Shown: one piece after another, positions 9,084 through 18,495 of the stretch | Numbering within the stretch: the stretch's first letter is position 1 | Layout of the letters: each line of letters begins with the position of its first letter | IMG/VR virus record: IMGVR_UViG_3300028374_000008 | Location: 1-64,000 of that record | Source: a virus | DNA length: 64,000 bases | Direction: 5' to 3' (one strand) | Position numbers and translations under genes: made by a program | Notes under the pieces: model-generated | Told to the model about the DNA's origin: nothing | Database searches by the model: none | The model's input: the letters and a program-made list of their open reading frames with translations, nothing else

Positions 9084-9891
9084 CAAGTTGCAAGCCCCGA
9101 GTGTACTGGTTATGCCACTCGAGGCCGCGACCAACGTCACAGGCAGTTTGGTATGCTGCAACAGCTTCCTTGAAAAGCGCGTGTTCCCGCCGCTCGATGA
9201 CGAACTCCGTCGGATTTTCCCAGGCTTCGGCGGTCTTCTCTTGAGGCAGCCGCATCAGCTCACGCAGCTTCTCAATGGTGTGCTCAGCGTGTTTACCGAG
9301 TAAACCGTAGGCGTCGCGTGCAAACTCGTCGAACTCGATTGCGTCGGTGTACCGGAACTGTTCACGTAACGCAGCGACCTTGTCGTTGTAGTTGAGGTAC
9401 GCCTCGTGGAGCCGCGTCTCGAGCTCGTCTGTTGTCTTGGCTACTTTGTCTGCCGCGGCCATGACGTGGCGTGCCGCAACCTTTTCTTGCTGAGGTTCCT
9501 CTACATGAGGCACCGCTTCACTCGCTACTTTCTGGACACGCTCGCGTACCTGGTCCCAACGCTCATCAGGGAGCTCAGTGAAGAGCACCGCTGCCGTCTT
9601 CTCTAGCGGCGAATTTTTGTCCACCGTCGCGGGGCTTGCAAACAGGCAATCCAGAACGCCAGTAGGGTCAACTACGTCGAACTCAACGTAACGGTGCTCC
9701 GCCATCTTCTCGAACAGCTCGAGGTGGGCGTGCACGTTGGTTGCCTCGACAAGCCGACGTGTTTCGTTGGCGTTTAGACTTAAGTCCTGCGCGACCTTGA
9801 CGACCCCTGCGTCTAAGGCGCACCGCTTTTCGATGAAGTCTGAAATGATGGCTTTAGCCATGCTTTGGTACTGTCGATCGTTGTAGCTCAT
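9076..9891 (-). CDS. Head-associated protein, K-x-A rich
   Basis: 271 aa; VKVAQ, EKTAA, QKVAS, EKVAA, EKTAE. Confidence 0.65.
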   Translation of the reverse strand: MSYNDRQYQSMAKAIISDFIEKRCALDAGVVKVAQDLSLNANETRRLVEATNVHAHLELFEKMAEHRYVEFDVVDPTGVLDCLFASPATVDKNSPLEKTAAVLFTELPDERWDQVRERVQKVASEAVPHVEEPQQEKVAARHVMAAADKVAKTTDELETRLHEAYLNYNDKVAALREQFRYTDAIEFDEFARDAYGLLGKHAEHTIEKLRELMRLPQEKTAEAWENPTEFVIERREHALFKEAVAAYQTACDVGRGLEWHNQYTRGLQLDA

Positions 9892-10616
9892 GGCGTGCTG
9901 CCTTCGTCAGGATGAATGATGTCGTCGTCGTTGATCTCGCCCTTTGATGCGGTGCTGTTAACCATCTCAAGCCGGATTTTAAGCTCTTCGCGGTGGCTTT
10001 GGTTGGATTCGAGCACGTCGGGAAGCGTACGTATTGCGCCGATCAGTGTCGAGCTCCACTGCCGTGCTTCTTTCGTGAAGTCACTATCCAAGCGGCTTCC
10101 GAACGGTACCTTGGAGAACCGATAACTCTGTCCAATCAACTCTTTAAGGGCAGCATCAGGGGGCACTTCGTAATCTGTACGAGCAAACGTTGCGGACAGA
10201 TAGTGAATACCCATCTCAACGGCAGCCGTCATGACTTCGCGCCCGAATGTGTCGCCGCTGGGGTCGTCGGGGTAGCTCCGTACGTACGCTTCTAAGTCGA
10301 GACGGTCTTTGAATTCGTCGGGGTCAAAGAAGACGTGTGTGTAGATGCGGACAACATCTGTTCGGATCGACAATACGCTTTCAATCTCTTCAGCGCGTGC
10401 GCGCGCAAGAATAAACGCCTCGAGAATGGAACGCTTGTAGTGATTCTTGAAGATCGAGTATGCGTACAAAACGTCCGCGGGGACAGAGGTGTCGCCGCGT
10501 AAAACAGACGCCATTGCAAACAAGACGGGGTCGTCAGACGAGAACGTGTCGGACTCGACTGCCTCTTGCAGCGCCTCGAACTTGTGCCGAGGATTTGGTG
10601 GTGCACCAAAATCCAC
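9888..10616 (-). CDS. Hypothetical protein (possible HTH)
   Basis: 242 aa in operon; AEEIESVLSIRTDVVRIYTHVFFD resembles a helix-turn-helix. Confidence 0.6.
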   Translation of the reverse strand: MDFGAPPNPRHKFEALQEAVESDTFSSDDPVLFAMASVLRGDTSVPADVLYAYSIFKNHYKRSILEAFILARARAEEIESVLSIRTDVVRIYTHVFFDPDEFKDRLDLEAYVRSYPDDPSGDTFGREVMTAAVEMGIHYLSATFARTDYEVPPDAALKELIGQSYRFSKVPFGSRLDSDFTKEARQWSSTLIGAIRTLPDVLESNQSHREELKIRLEMVNSTASKGEINDDDIIHPDEGSTP

Positions 10617-10619
10617 GTC

Positions 10620-13217
10620 TTAGCTCCCCTCAGATACAAAGCCACTCAGAGACTGCAGCGCACCGCCAAGGTCAGAGAACAGCGTTTCGAGCTGGTTACG
10701 AATCTCAGTGTACGCCGCGTCCCCCACTTGGCTGCGCATGTCTGTGCCCTTCATACGCACCTCGGTGAGCATACGCCCAACAGAGTCCAGCGCGTCACGA
10801 AGCATCGGCATCTGCGCCGTGATGGCGTTGTCGAAGGGGTTTTCTTTTGCAAGCGACGCCATCGCAGCCGCGTCAAACAGCTCTGGGTCCTCAAGCTGCA
10901 TGGCGGACTCCATCATGCCGGGCTGCTCTACGGGCATGGCTTCACCGGGAGGCGGCGCAGCACCGGGAGGCGGCGCAGCACCGGGAGGCGGCGCAGCACC
11001 GGGAGGCGGTCCCATGAGCTCAGGGGGCAACATCGGAGGCGGAGCACCCATCGACGCTGCAATCTCGTTTGCACGCCCGGCGACCATTTGAATGGCGCTA
11101 AGCTGTGTCTGTAGATTTTCCTGCTGTGAGGCCATTTGCTGCATGAGCTCATCTGTTTCCATCATGAGCATGTCTGCAACTTCAGAGGCAGCAATCTCCA
11201 CTGGAGTAGGCTCCGGTGGGGGAGGCGGTGCCATGCCCATGCCCCCGCCCTGCAACATAGCAGGGTCAACAGGCTGACCTGTGGCTGGGTCAATCATCTG
11301 TCCCGTCTGAACGTCGATAAGCAGCCCCGTTTGCGGGTCGTAAGGCATGCCCGTAGCAGGGTCGATGGGCAGCCCCGTTTGCGGGTCAATCTGTTCTTGC
11401 GGCGGTGCTCCACCCTGCGGCGGTGCGCCACCCTGCGGCGGGGGCGCTTGTCCTGCCGGAGGCGCCATCATGCCAGGGCCCTGGGCAAGCTTCGTGGCGC
11501 GGTGTGTGAATGTACGCATGGCCTGGCTCGACACAGCGTACCGGGTCGACTTACCGTCAGCCTGTGCCTGTTTCACCATCTCAAGCGCGCCGGGAGACTC
11601 AGCGTCGTAGACGTCGATGAGGTGTTTTACTGCGGCCATTTTGGACGTCAAAAGCTGGCCGTTGCAGTAGAACTCACCTGCGCCCGCCGACTTCATCTGG
11701 ATTCGCGGAGCACCCGAGAGTGTCAGCGCGTCGTAGTACATCGACATGATCGCTTCAGGATCTTTTAAGATCTCATTTGGCGAACGCACCGCTGCTGCCG
11801 CAATGAAGCGGTAGTTCTCTGGGATGAGGATGACAGTCTCGACGCCGAACGGCTCAGATTGCTTACGCTCAGCCTGCGTCTGGAATTCGTGCGGGACATA
11901 CTCCGCGTTGTCGCGCCCGTGTGGTCCGCGTTTGCCTGTGAACAGGCGCGGCGCCGAGATGGGGCTGTTTTTGTGCTGGATGAGAAGCACGCGGTTACCC
12001 GAGTAGGTCTCCCCGTAAACGTGCCGGTCCCCGTCCTTGGTCTTGACCAGGTCGATCTTGATGGGCTCAAACGCCACCATGTTCTTGTGGTCAGGATTGA
12101 AGAAGAAGCCGCGCTGTCCGTTGCGGGGTGTTCCCTGCTGGGGCTTGGTGACGTACTTCTCAAGTTTCTCGGGGGTTTCTTGCGCGTCGAGGTGTTGCGC
12201 GGAGAACCCTTTCTTGGACAGCACCATCTCGCCGTCTTCGGTGAGCACCATGCGACACGTTTCGTTGTACTCTTCGTACTTGCCGTAGCTGTTGCCTGGA
12301 CGCGGGTTCTTGTCGTAGCGCAGGTCGTCGGAAGTCAGAACGCGTGTGAAGACGAGTGACTTGCGTACCTTACCGTCGGTGAAGAAGACGTTGTAGAAGC
12401 CAACAGAGCTCGGAACCTCAAGCTCCAACGGGCGCTCTGTCGACACCATCAGTGCAGGGTCAGGGCGCTGGTCGTTGATAGCGAAGCCTTCCGATGCGAT
12501 CGCTGCCTGCGCTTCAGGGGTGCGGTCACCGAAGAATGCACGCGTCTCTGCGACGGGCGTCTCCATCGTGATGAAGGTCACTTCAGCCGTCGAGGACGCT
12601 TGTTTGACAGTTTCAGGGTGCGGGATAAGCGCAGCTTTGAGCGTGTTTACCCCGTAAACACTGAACGCGTGTTTCGCCAGAAGCGGATTCGCTTCCATCG
12701 TTTTGACAAACGCTTGTTTGACGCGGTTGTGCGCGCAGTCCAGGTACGTCGGGAGCTGTAGCCCTGCACTCGCGTAGCTGTAGCGCCCCGTGGTTGGGGG
12801 CACAACGACGTTACGGATGTCCAAATCAGACGTCGCGTAGTCAGATGGCTTGACCGGACTGCCAAGCTTCGACGCGTCCATACGGTCGAGTTCGGCCAGG
12901 TAGTCAGGCGTAAGGGGCAGCATCATGTCGAGCGACTTCACGTACATCGTGTCGAACGGCATGATTTCGTTGTCGCTTAGGACAACGGGAATGTGCACCT
13001 CGTCATCGCCACGCATGACGATGAAGGTGCCGGTGGCCGAATTGGATTCGGAGTCGAGATCGAGGATTTTGAGTGTGGCGACCTCGTCTGCGATTTCCGG
13101 GTTTTTCGTGATGAGCTGGTTCATAGCGAGGTCTTGAAACGCCGCTTCGAAAAGCTCTTCAGGAGACCCGCCGCCTTCGCTCATCATAGACTGCGTACGT
13201 GGCGACAAAGCAGACAT
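10620..13217 (-). CDS. Large virion/head protein with Pro/Gly-rich and DPxTG repeats
   Basis: 865 aa; VKQAS, MKSAG, TKLAQ; D(P/V)xTG five times; GAAPPP three times. Confidence 0.7.
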   Translation of the reverse strand: MSALSPRTQSMMSEGGGSPEELFEAAFQDLAMNQLITKNPEIADEVATLKILDLDSESNSATGTFIVMRGDDEVHIPVVLSDNEIMPFDTMYVKSLDMMLPLTPDYLAELDRMDASKLGSPVKPSDYATSDLDIRNVVVPPTTGRYSYASAGLQLPTYLDCAHNRVKQAFVKTMEANPLLAKHAFSVYGVNTLKAALIPHPETVKQASSTAEVTFITMETPVAETRAFFGDRTPEAQAAIASEGFAINDQRPDPALMVSTERPLELEVPSSVGFYNVFFTDGKVRKSLVFTRVLTSDDLRYDKNPRPGNSYGKYEEYNETCRMVLTEDGEMVLSKKGFSAQHLDAQETPEKLEKYVTKPQQGTPRNGQRGFFFNPDHKNMVAFEPIKIDLVKTKDGDRHVYGETYSGNRVLLIQHKNSPISAPRLFTGKRGPHGRDNAEYVPHEFQTQAERKQSEPFGVETVILIPENYRFIAAAAVRSPNEILKDPEAIMSMYYDALTLSGAPRIQMKSAGAGEFYCNGQLLTSKMAAVKHLIDVYDAESPGALEMVKQAQADGKSTRYAVSSQAMRTFTHRATKLAQGPGMMAPPAGQAPPPQGGAPPQGGAPPQEQIDPQTGLPIDPATGMPYDPQTGLLIDVQTGQMIDPATGQPVDPAMLQGGGMGMAPPPPPEPTPVEIAASEVADMLMMETDELMQQMASQQENLQTQLSAIQMVAGRANEIAASMGAPPPMLPPELMGPPPGAAPPPGAAPPPGAAPPPGEAMPVEQPGMMESAMQLEDPELFDAAAMASLAKENPFDNAITAQMPMLRDALDSVGRMLTEVRMKGTDMRSQVGDAAYTEIRNQLETLFSDLGGALQSLSGFVSEGS

Positions 13218-13229
13218 AGCGTTCCTCGT

Positions 13230-13640
13230 TCAGCTCAGAATTTCTCGTATCGCCGGTACCGCTTGCAGAAGGGCTTCGACGCCGACGTCTTTGACGGCAC
13301 TACGTGCTTGTGCAGCGCGTGCCTCTGGCGGTGCTTGTCTGACAGCCCGAAGACCGCCTGACATTTTATCTCCCACCAACGGCGCGCCAGTCATGACGTT
13401 GAGTAGGTCCAGAATCTTAAGCAGCTGACGCCGCTGTTCTGGGTCTTCGATGAACACTTGGGCCCCAAGAGTAGCAGGTACTTGTGCTGCTACGGTCATT
13501 CGGTTCAGCGCACGGATGATGCGCAGTAAGTCACCGTACGCACCGGATGCTGCTTGTGGTACGCGTCCGCGTTGCTGTTCCTGACCCGCCTGCAGCAGTG
13601 CTTGGAGGATCTCTTGCTGGTCTTGGGACCCAAAGTTCAT
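13230..13640 (-). CDS. Hypothetical protein
   Basis: 136-aa ORF filling the operon gap. Confidence 0.6.
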   Translation of the reverse strand: MNFGSQDQQEILQALLQAGQEQQRGRVPQAASGAYGDLLRIIRALNRMTVAAQVPATLGAQVFIEDPEQRRQLLKILDLLNVMTGAPLVGDKMSGGLRAVRQAPPEARAAQARSAVKDVGVEALLQAVPAIREILS

Positions 13641-13647
13641 GTTTGAA

Positions 13648-14748
13648 TTACCCGGTTAGCCGGCCGATTTGCGCGAGCAAGTCAGAAGCGGTCTGGTCGA
13701 CTGGGCGGTAAGCTTCTGCAACTTTCTGCAAAAACTCTTCACGCTCGAACGGCTCTTTCGACATGCACGCTTTCACGGCAGCGACTTTCTCGTTCTTGGG
13801 CATGTTCTTGGGCAGACGAGGTGCAATCTCGTGTGCGGTGCGCGAGAAGAAGTCTTCCCACGAAGCCTGCTTCGACGCTTCGGCCACCGAGTTCGAGCTG
13901 GCGCCGCTGTGGCTAGGCTGGTCTGGGTGATCGACTTCTTCACCGACGTTGGCTGCGCCTGTCTCGTTGAGGTTGGCGTTGCCTTGCCCGACGTTCGCGT
14001 ACCCTTCCGGGCGACGCTTAGCGTCCATGGCCGCCTCGGAGTTAGCCGAGTCGTTCATGAGGTTCTGCTGTTCCGGGTCGTCGCCCATGATGGTCGACGG
14101 GCCGCCACCACCTCCACCTTCTCCGCCCATCGCGAGCTTACGCAGCGCGTTGGCGATTCCGGCGGACTTTTGACGTGCCGAAGATGGTGACGTCTGCGTC
14201 GACGCCGCCACAGCGGAGTTGCTTCCAGCGCCGCCATGCGACGGGGCTTTCGGGTGTGCCATTTCTTGGCCGACTCGAGCGGTGTCGTCTTCGCCGATGT
14301 TGGTGTTTCCACCCTGACCGACAAGCGCGTAGTTCTCGGGGCGGTCATCGAGCATCGCCTCAGCGTTGGCCGAGTCGCTCAGAAGGTTTTTCTGGCCGGG
14401 CTTGCCGTCCATGATTGTCGAGGGACCCGACTCCATGGCGAGCTTCATGACGCCTTCGACCATGTCGCCGTAGGCAAGTCGCGCGTTCTGTCCGATGGAC
14501 GCGCCCTGATTGACCGACGCAAATTTGCCGGTCGACTTGAGCTGGCGATCGAACTGCACCAGGTGCTGGGCGACCTTGATGGTGTCTTCCCATGGTACTG
14601 CGTCGGCCGATGGCTCAATGCTAATTTCATATGATGCGACGGCGCATGCCTGCTTGAGCATGTCATGCGTAGGAATTTTGGTAACTCCGCTACGCTGCAG
14701 GTATTCACCAACGCCGCGGGCGAAGGATTGACGAGTGATATTAGGCAC
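13648..14748 (-). CDS. Internal head polyprotein with two paralogous ~75-aa units
   Basis: GTG start with AAGGAG; duplicated GPSTIM...SAN.EA...RPE.YA.VGQG...SH.GA.SNS units bracketed by K-x-A. Confidence 0.7.
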   Translation of the reverse strand: MPNITRQSFARGVGEYLQRSGVTKIPTHDMLKQACAVASYEISIEPSADAVPWEDTIKVAQHLVQFDRQLKSTGKFASVNQGASIGQNARLAYGDMVEGVMKLAMESGPSTIMDGKPGQKNLLSDSANAEAMLDDRPENYALVGQGGNTNIGEDDTARVGQEMAHPKAPSHGGAGSNSAVAASTQTSPSSARQKSAGIANALRKLAMGGEGGGGGGPSTIMGDDPEQQNLMNDSANSEAAMDAKRRPEGYANVGQGNANLNETGAANVGEEVDHPDQPSHSGASSNSVAEASKQASWEDFFSRTAHEIAPRLPKNMPKNEKVAAVKACMSKEPFEREEFLQKVAEAYRPVDQTASDLLAQIGRLTG

Positions 14749-14819
14749 GGTTGCTCCTTGAGAGATCCTCGAAGTACGCGTGAAGTATAAGATCTGCGTT
14801 GATCTAAAACAACAACGTT

Positions 14820-17800
14820 TTAGCGCGCAGGTCGGGTGTTGGCAACCCCGGAGGGTGCTTGCTGCTGTTGTTGTTGTTGTTGCTGCGTTCGGCGGCGTCT
14901 CAGTTCGTCGTAGTATTGCTGCGCGCTCGTACGCGCTGACTGTAGGTCAGAGTACTGCTCCATGACAGGACTAGACTGCCAACCCCGTGAGTAGGCAGAC
15001 CGTAGACGGTCTGAAACGGCGTGGTCTCCTGCGTCTTGAGGCGGCGTGTAGTTCGGGTCGAGACCACGCCCGATTGCTTTACCTCCCGCGATGACGGGCG
15101 AGGCAAACGCGACGCCGCCAAGGTTGAACGGGCTGGCCGCGGCCCACCCAAGAACGTCACCGACAGCACCGCCTACGTTCTCGTAGCGCGACTCGTTCTC
15201 GCCGACAGGTTCCGTTGCGGCGTAATAAAGAGCCTGGGCGGGCGCGACGAACGTGTAGTACTTGGCCGCCGCTTCCATTGCAGCGGGCGCAGCCAGTTCC
15301 TTTAGCGATCCCTTACCTGCGCGCCAACGTTTGTAAGATCGCAGCGTATCCGGGTCGATCGCGAAGTCTCCCGCCATAACACCGCCACGTCCAAGTATAC
15401 CGCCTGTACGGTAGCGCTGGCGAAGTACCTCTAACGGGTCCTCGCCAAAGACCATGTCTTTTGCGAAGCGGCCAATAGGGCGCCCGCGTCGCTGCGCCTG
15501 CATGTAGTCTTCGTACATCTGCGGCGTAATGCGCTGCCCCAACCCCGGTTTAATGGCGTCAAACTCTTTGGGATCGAAATCAGGAATGGCCTCGCCTTTG
15601 TACTGGCGACGTAGGCCCGGACGACTCTCGTCGAGCTTGCGTATGAAAGCGTCGCCTTCAGAGGTCATGATGCCGCGGTCCGTTAGCCCAGCGTCTTCTA
15701 AGTCCAATCCGCCCATACGATCGGCCGCGCGGCGAAGCTCAACTGCGCGCGAGTCGACGCCGCCGCTGGGCGAGATAATCTTAAACGTGTCGTCATCAAG
15801 CGCTTTTCGGAGTTTGTTTGCGCCAGATACACCCGCACCGCGCCCGAACATTACACGTTTAAGCGTGCTCAGCGATGCCTGCTTTGCCTCCATGGGCACG
15901 CCGTCGACCAGAGCTGCAGCGTCCAGGGCAGACTCCTCTGGAGCAGGCGGGGGCGGGGCAGGCGCTGCTTTTGGTTTCGGGGCTTCGGCCACTTCTGCGT
16001 CCGGGTTGTCGACGAAGAACTGTACGATAGATTCGAGCAGGCCTGGCTCTCCTTCGTCTTCTCGCCGCTGCTGCGCGTCGCGACGCAGCTCACGTGTGGG
16101 CCGGTTAATAGGCGCGGTCAGCGTGTCGACAACGAATTGGTCAACTTCGGATGCGTACTTGCCCTGCTGCCCCGTCGCGAACGGGCGTCCCTCGATGTAG
16201 GCAGGTACCGGAGACGTCGACGAAACATCTGTCGTCATGCCAAAGCCGGCCCCGTCGACGAGCGTCTTACGCAGGTACCGGTGGGACAGTCGGCTCATCC
16301 AGTCGTCACTCAACAGAGGCGTCTGGATCATCGACTTCATGATTGGCTCAATGCGCGGCCCTTTGGTTGCTACCTCTACTTCTTTAACGTTTTGGCGCTT
16401 GAGCTCAGATATTACGCTCTGCGTGACGCGGGTGCCTTCTGTGTAGTGAAGTACAGGGGCGGCGAGCGTCTTACCCTGTGCTTGTCCGACGGGGATACGT
16501 TTAGGTGACTTGCCGAACGCTCCCTTTATTTTGTTGAACTCAACAACGTCGCCTGGAATGAACTGGCCTGAGTCGTCGTCTTCGACCCGAACGTAGTTCA
16601 TCGCCTTACGGGACAGGAGCTCCGTGTGACGCCGGTCAATGTCGACGCCCTGACGCCGGTAGAGCTTGGTGAGCGAGTCCGACAGGTAGCGTCTACCTTC
16701 GCCGATGCCTTTGTGCCGTACGACGGCGTCGGGCATGGGCGTGCCATCGGTGAGCGCGTCGCCTGCTTCAACTCGGTCGCCGACCTTTACAATGGGGTCG
16801 AGTTTGGGCGGCGTGTAGTAGCGCTTGCCAGCAAGCGTAATGTAGTGGCCGCCCTGCGGCGCCTTAACGATGCTCTCGATTTTGCCGTCTTTTTCCGCGA
16901 TAGCGGCTTTGTCCGTAAACGACTTTGGCACTTCGGTGAGCGTCTTAAAACCCGACAGCCCACGGAGCTTGTTGTCGTCGCCGCCTGCCAGTCGGACGCC
17001 GTGTTTTGCGTTCAGGACGAACTGTGTAAGCGGCTCCGTCAGAGCCTGCGCACTGCGAGAGCCGACGTTTGTCCCGACAGGGTAGGGCTTGCCCCACTCG
17101 TTTAGGCCCATGCATTTACGGCATACACCGTCCTTGGCTTCACACGTAGAGGGCGAGCGCACGAGTATGCGGTCGACCCCCTTCTTGTTGAGCGTGTTGA
17201 CGACGTCTGGTGTGACGAGCTCGTTCCGGGGCAGGCCTGATTCTGAGCGTGCCAAAAAGCGGTCGGCAATCTGGTCATCGGTGTCGAGCATGATGCCTGA
17301 GCGTGTGCCGCAATCTTCCTGCGTAACGACCAGGTCTTCCATATTCGACACGACCACCTTTGCAGCGGCGCCCGGCTCGACGACCGACCCCGTGGACGCA
17401 ATCGCGTTACGACGTGATTCGACGCCCGTCACCCACGCATCAGCAGGGTTAAGGCCTTGCGCATATGATTTGGTGACGAGCCACGGCGTGACCTCGCCGT
17501 GTGCGGTCGCCACCACAGGGGAAGCCACAGTCTTCATCAACTGCGGAATGGAGCCCCGGCCTCCTGACCTGGCCATGATGGTCATGTCAGAGGGGTGATT
17601 TTTTGTGATGTCTACAAACTTGTTCTGCGTGTCGAGCAAGATGCCGCGCTTTTCTTCGTCGGACTTGGCCGCCTTCATTTTACGCAGCGCGTCCTGCATG
17701 ACAGGGTCACGGTTTTTGTAGTCAGGCGCGATGTCATCAAGCCCCACAGAGATACCTTCCCAGGTAGCTACCTGGTCCCCCACACGCTTGATCTCTTGAA

Positions 17801-17945
17801 TTGCCTTTACGTACTCACGGGGGTTGCTCTTGGCGTATGTGGTCATCGCCTTGCGCAGCTTTCCCTTTGTGATGGGGCCGTCAATGGTGACGCCCGAAGG
17901 AAGCGCGTCCTGCATGAGCATTTGCCCAAACGTCAAATCAACCAT
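14820..17945 (-). CDS. Phage RNA polymerase beta' C-terminal subunit with long C-terminal extension
   Basis: MARSGGRGS, SYAQGL, EDCGT, RSPSTCEAKDGVCRKCMG (Zn site), SAQALTEPLTQFVLNAKH (trigger loop); start ATG 17945 overlaps upstream stop. Confidence 0.9.
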   Translation of the reverse strand: MVDLTFGQMLMQDALPSGVTIDGPITKGKLRKAMTTYAKSNPREYVKAIQEIKRVGDQVATWEGISVGLDDIAPDYKNRDPVMQDALRKMKAAKSDEEKRGILLDTQNKFVDITKNHPSDMTIMARSGGRGSIPQLMKTVASPVVATAHGEVTPWLVTKSYAQGLNPADAWVTGVESRRNAIASTGSVVEPGAAAKVVVSNMEDLVVTQEDCGTRSGIMLDTDDQIADRFLARSESGLPRNELVTPDVVNTLNKKGVDRILVRSPSTCEAKDGVCRKCMGLNEWGKPYPVGTNVGSRSAQALTEPLTQFVLNAKHGVRLAGGDDNKLRGLSGFKTLTEVPKSFTDKAAIAEKDGKIESIVKAPQGGHYITLAGKRYYTPPKLDPIVKVGDRVEAGDALTDGTPMPDAVVRHKGIGEGRRYLSDSLTKLYRRQGVDIDRRHTELLSRKAMNYVRVEDDDSGQFIPGDVVEFNKIKGAFGKSPKRIPVGQAQGKTLAAPVLHYTEGTRVTQSVISELKRQNVKEVEVATKGPRIEPIMKSMIQTPLLSDDWMSRLSHRYLRKTLVDGAGFGMTTDVSSTSPVPAYIEGRPFATGQQGKYASEVDQFVVDTLTAPINRPTRELRRDAQQRREDEGEPGLLESIVQFFVDNPDAEVAEAPKPKAAPAPPPPAPEESALDAAALVDGVPMEAKQASLSTLKRVMFGRGAGVSGANKLRKALDDDTFKIISPSGGVDSRAVELRRAADRMGGLDLEDAGLTDRGIMTSEGDAFIRKLDESRPGLRRQYKGEAIPDFDPKEFDAIKPGLGQRITPQMYEDYMQAQRRGRPIGRFAKDMVFGEDPLEVLRQRYRTGGILGRGGVMAGDFAIDPDTLRSYKRWRAGKGSLKELAAPAAMEAAAKYYTFVAPAQALYYAATEPVGENESRYENVGGAVGDVLGWAAASPFNLGGVAFASPVIAGGKAIGRGLDPNYTPPQDAGDHAVSDRLRSAYSRGWQSSPVMEQYSDLQSARTSAQQYYDELRRRRTQQQQQQQQQAPSGVANTRPAR

Positions 17946-18495
17946 ACCCGCCCCCTGCGCCCATTCGACTGTACCGATTTGCGCCGTATGCAAAGCCCGG
18001 AGCGGCCAGTGCACCTGCGGTAAGCGGCGCGTCCACTACGTCGAACGCTTGCATCGCTTTGCCTCCCGCTGTTGTCGGCTTCGCCGTTTGATCCGCAAGA
18101 CGCGTCGCTCTGAAGTACTGTCGGGAGCTTTTGCCAGCGTTGTTTACGGCACGCGCACCGGCAGCTACCCCTTTCCCGGTTGTTTTAGCTCCCCAACCAA
18201 GCGCTTTGCCGACGCCTTTTGCTGCAGCGCCTATTCCCTGCGCGACCGCTCCCATGACAGCCGCTTCTTTGATGATCTCTTCTTCTGTCATGTAGGCCAG
18301 ACGGTGCGTTACAGCAGCAGTCTTGACCCCTTGCATGGGCATGTGCACGTTCTGCTGTGCAATACTTTGCGACTCTAGAGACGCAGCAGGGCCCCAGTAA
18401 ACCGGCTCTTCGTACGACGGCACGATGCGCCTGGCGTCACGAATATTCGTGCTCGCGTTTTGTACCGCTTCAATAAAATCGGAAGTACTTTTCAT
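17938..18495 (-). CDS. Hypothetical virion protein between the RNAP genes
   Basis: 185 aa, VKTAA and IKEAA, Gly/Ala-rich C-half. Confidence 0.65.
   Translation of the reverse strand: MKSTSDFIEAVQNASTNIRDARRIVPSYEEPVYWGPAASLESQSIAQQNVHMPMQGVKTAAVTHRLAYMTEEEIIKEAAVMGAVAQGIGAAAKGVGKALGWGAKTTGKGVAAGARAVNNAGKSSRQYFRATRLADQTAKPTTAGGKAMQAFDVVDAPLTAGALAAPGFAYGANRYSRMGAGGGYG

Noticed and set aside
3963-14797. GCAGATCTT (minus strand) upstream of two head genes as a late promoter
   Set aside because: Only two copies, at different spacings from the start codons; too weak to call.
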